64,000 nucleotides of DNA, taken from positions 352,001-416,000 of the forward strand of contig JBMNIH010000002.1 in assembly GCA_050950825.1 (NCBI GenBank), given 5' to 3'. The notes beneath the pieces are model-generated. The model saw only the letters and a program-made list of their open reading frames with translations. It had not been told where the DNA came from and did no database searches. Source of the stretch: Clostridia bacterium (GTDB lineage Bacteria > Bacillota > Clostridia > JAAYHZ01). The position numbers and the translations under genes are program-made. Of this stretch, positions 61,476 through 64,000 are shown piece by piece. Positions within the stretch are counted from its first letter, which is position 1, and every line of letters starts with the position of its first letter.

Positions 61476-62489
61476 ATGAATCGTAAAGCGAATGTAGCAG
61501 TTATCGGGGCGGGCGGAATCGCCAACAACGTTCATTTGCCCTCGTTATCGGAAATTGAAGAAGCCAATGTGGTAGCCGTATGCGACCTTCATGAAGAAAG
61601 AGCCAAAAAGGCTGCCGAAAAGTACTCCATCCCTGCCGTATACACCTCCATGTATAAAATGTTCGAAAAAGAAAGCCTAGACGGAGTTTTCGTGTTGGTT
61701 GAGCCGGACCGGCTCCACCGAGCGGCTTACGATTGCTTGAGCGCAGGTCTTCATGTGTTTATGGAAAAACCTGCAGGGATAACGTCCTACCAGGCTCGTT
61801 CTTTGGCGCGAAAAGCGGAGCAAACGGGCAAAACCGTTGCGGTAGGCATGAATCGAAGGCACATTCCTTTGGTTCAAAAAGTGTTTACCATGATGAAGGA
61901 AATTACACCCATAACCCAAGTCGACGGGGTTTTCATGAAAAACAGCAATATTGCAAACAGCTGGCACTACATGAGCGCATTCGTATGCGACATCATCCAC
62001 GCCACGGACTTGGTTCGATATTTTGCAGGGTCGAAGCCGACAAAAGCGGCAACCGTAGTCGCAAGGAACAACTCCCCTGTCGATAACGCTTGGTCCTCCG
62101 TCATTATGTTTGAAAACGGAATTGTGGGTACCCTTCGGTCCAACTACCAAATCGGCGGCCGCGTACATAGCTTCGAGATTCACGGGCCTAAAGCCAGTGC
62201 CTTTATTAACTTAGGATTCGGCGGCAACGAATGCGAAGCGAAGATTTTGTATGCCTCCGGAAAACCCATCTATTCTTTGGCCGCCGCCGGAGTATCCAAG
62301 CTTGCCATGGAGCATTTGGACGGAAAAGAAATCGCCGGCACCGATGCTTTCTATGCCTACTACGGCTACAAGCAGGAAGACAAAGATTTCATCAACTTCC
62401 TTTTAACCGGCCAAAAGCCTTTATGTACCATCGAGGATGCCGCCGAGACGATGGAAATGGCGGAAATGCTTTTAAACAACACGATCTAA
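61476..62489 (+). CDS. Gfo/Idh/MocA family oxidoreductase
   Basis: IGAGGIA, MEKP, DIIHATD; AAGGAG SD. Confidence 0.9.
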   Translation: MNRKANVAVIGAGGIANNVHLPSLSEIEEANVVAVCDLHEERAKKAAEKYSIPAVYTSMYKMFEKESLDGVFVLVEPDRLHRAAYDCLSAGLHVFMEKPAGITSYQARSLARKAEQTGKTVAVGMNRRHIPLVQKVFTMMKEITPITQVDGVFMKNSNIANSWHYMSAFVCDIIHATDLVRYFAGSKPTKAATVVARNNSPVDNAWSSVIMFENGIVGTLRSNYQIGGRVHSFEIHGPKASAFINLGFGGNECEAKILYASGKPIYSLAAAGVSKLAMEHLDGKEIAGTDAFYAYYGYKQEDKDFINFLLTGQKPLCTIEDAAETMEMAEMLLNNTI

Positions 62490-62508
62490 GAAAAAGACTT
62501 TGAGGAAT

Positions 62509-62552
62509 ATAAAAAAGAAACGTTATGGCATTTCATGGCGTTTCTTTTTTAT
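62509..62552. terminator. Bidirectional terminator
   Basis: aaaaaagaaacgttatg...catggcgtttctttttt. Confidence 0.7.
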
Positions 62553-62577
62553 CGCGTTATTTTATTCCCGTCTTTCC

Positions 62578-63111
62578 TTAATTCAATACCTTCGCTTCCG
62601 CATTTTCTTTCTTTTGCCGATCAAATCGAATCATGCCCACAATGATGGATGACATGACGAATATTTCGGTAATGATCCCGGCATAAGATCCTTTCACGAT
62701 ATTGTAGGTAATCCACAAAGGAGATACCGGGAACGTGACTCTTCGTACATAGGTAGGATTGTCGAGCCAAAAGCCTAACGAGCCTAACACCATTCCTAAT
62801 ATGGGGAACAATGAGAAGATGTCTTCCCAAGTCAAAATCCCCGCTGCAATGGACACGGCCATAAATAAGAAAAGCCACCCTTTATGTCTTGCCCAAGTAT
62901 GCTTTTGCTTTTGGTAATATACGATGTTTCTTATGACGCTGACCACGTTAAGAGCCGCACCGGTGTAGGCACCTAAAAATAAAAAGTGAACGGCAAACAG
63001 GCATCCCGCCAAGAGCTGGAAGGTCAAAATCCCTTTTTTCGTGTTGTTCTGAAAAGAAATGATGGCCATAAGCAGGGCTACCCCGCCAATGACCTGCGCA
63101 ATGATTTCCAT
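62578..63111 (-). CDS. YgjV-family inner membrane protein
   Basis: AQ.IG, SFQ, HFLFLGAYTGA, WITYNI..GS..G; start could be GTG 63120. Confidence 0.8.
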   Translation of the reverse strand: MEIIAQVIGGVALLMAIISFQNNTKKGILTFQLLAGCLFAVHFLFLGAYTGAALNVVSVIRNIVYYQKQKHTWARHKGWLFLFMAVSIAAGILTWEDIFSLFPILGMVLGSLGFWLDNPTYVRRVTFPVSPLWITYNIVKGSYAGIITEIFVMSSIIVGMIRFDRQKKENAEAKVLN

Positions 63112-63305
63112 TGTATCCACGGTATATGTACTCCGATCCTCAAGTCTAATTGAATTGAATTCTATCACCTTTCATCGGGGTTTGCAATACGGCGGAAAAG
63201 CCGTACTTCTAAAATCTTTAAAAGAATCGTTTCATCATCCTTTGTCTTTTGTTTGATACATTTTCATCAAAGTGGTATAGTATTTCTCGAGGTGGGTAGG
63301 AAGCT

Positions 63306-64000
63306 ATGAAAATTATTGATATCCATGCACATATTTTTCCGGACAAGATAGCCGAGAAAGCATCCGCAAATGTAGGCGCTTTTTACAACTTGTCCATGAA
63401 ACACGACGGTAAAATTCGAACTCTTTTGGATATGGGCGACCGTTACGGCATCGACCGGTTTTTGGTCCACTCCGTTGCCACTACGGCGGAACAGGTGGAA
63501 AGCATTAATAGTTTCATAAGCGGAGTCGTTAAAGCCTATAACGGGCGTTTTATCGGATTTGCCACGCTGCATCCGGATTACAAGAATACGGAAAAGGAAA
63601 TCGATCGAGCCGTATCCCTCGGATTAAAGGGGATCAAGCTTCATCCGGACTTTCAGCGCTTTCATATCGACTGTAAAGAAGCCATGGGACTGTATGAAAT
63701 ATTGGAAGGAAGGCTGCCATTATTGATCCATACCGGCGATTACCGGTACGAATATTCGAAGCCCCAACGGTTGGCAAAGGTTTTGGACCGTTTTCCTCGC
63801 CTGCAAGTCATCGCCGCTCACTTCGGCGGATGGTCCGAATGGGACAAAGGAGCGGAAGCTTTGGCCGGTAGAAACGTATATGTGGATACCTCCAGTACCT
63901 TTTACGCCAACCCTCTGGAAAAAGTCCGTTTTCTTTTCAAGCTTTTCGGCTCGGATCATATCATGTTCGGTTCCGACTATCCCATGTGGAATCCGGGTAC
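63306..64000 (+). CDS. Amidohydrolase-2 family protein, 3' end off window
   Basis: MKIIDIHAH, GIKLHPDFQ, IHTGD, AAHFGG, MFGSDYP. Confidence 0.88.
   Translation, partial: MKIIDIHAHIFPDKIAEKASANVGAFYNLSMKHDGKIRTLLDMGDRYGIDRFLVHSVATTAEQVESINSFISGVVKAYNGRFIGFATLHPDYKNTEKEIDRAVSLGLKGIKLHPDFQRFHIDCKEAMGLYEILEGRLPLLIHTGDYRYEYSKPQRLAKVLDRFPRLQVIAAHFGGWSEWDKGAEALAGRNVYVDTSSTFYANPLEKVRFLFKLFGSDHIMFGSDYPMWNPG

Overview
Chromosomal window from a spore-forming Clostridia-like bacterium (GerMN lipoprotein, PdaB-like deacetylase, SLH protein, FMN riboswitch-ECF ribU, tandem ARG boxes), roughly mid-40s %GC by eye. Housekeeping blocks (ruvCAB-queH, argGH, rpsB-tsf-pyrH-frr, lysA, galE, infC, cadCA) alternate with many poorly characterised cytoplasmic carbohydrate/small-molecule enzymes (4 Gfo/Idh/MocA, 3 amidohydrolase-2, 2 PHP, 2 URO-D-like, heparinase II/III-like, several beta-propellers). 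I saw no tRNA, rRNA, CRISPR array, transposase or integrase. The most notable signals are: (1) a translationally coupled divergent Ddl-like ATP-grasp ligase plus lysine 2,3-aminomutase pair with no lysine-fermentation, ablB or epmA partner, a candidate beta-lysyl amide pathway; (2) a dense DnaA-box cluster plus a 15-bp tandem repeat in an ordinary intergenic region with no dnaA in the window; (3) a WxL-like/DUF916-like/holin locus whose WxL C-terminus lies in the -1 frame behind an SD and a TTGA overlap; (4) an infC with an ATT start that is detached from rpmI-rplT. All product calls come from motif recognition in the translations, not database searches.
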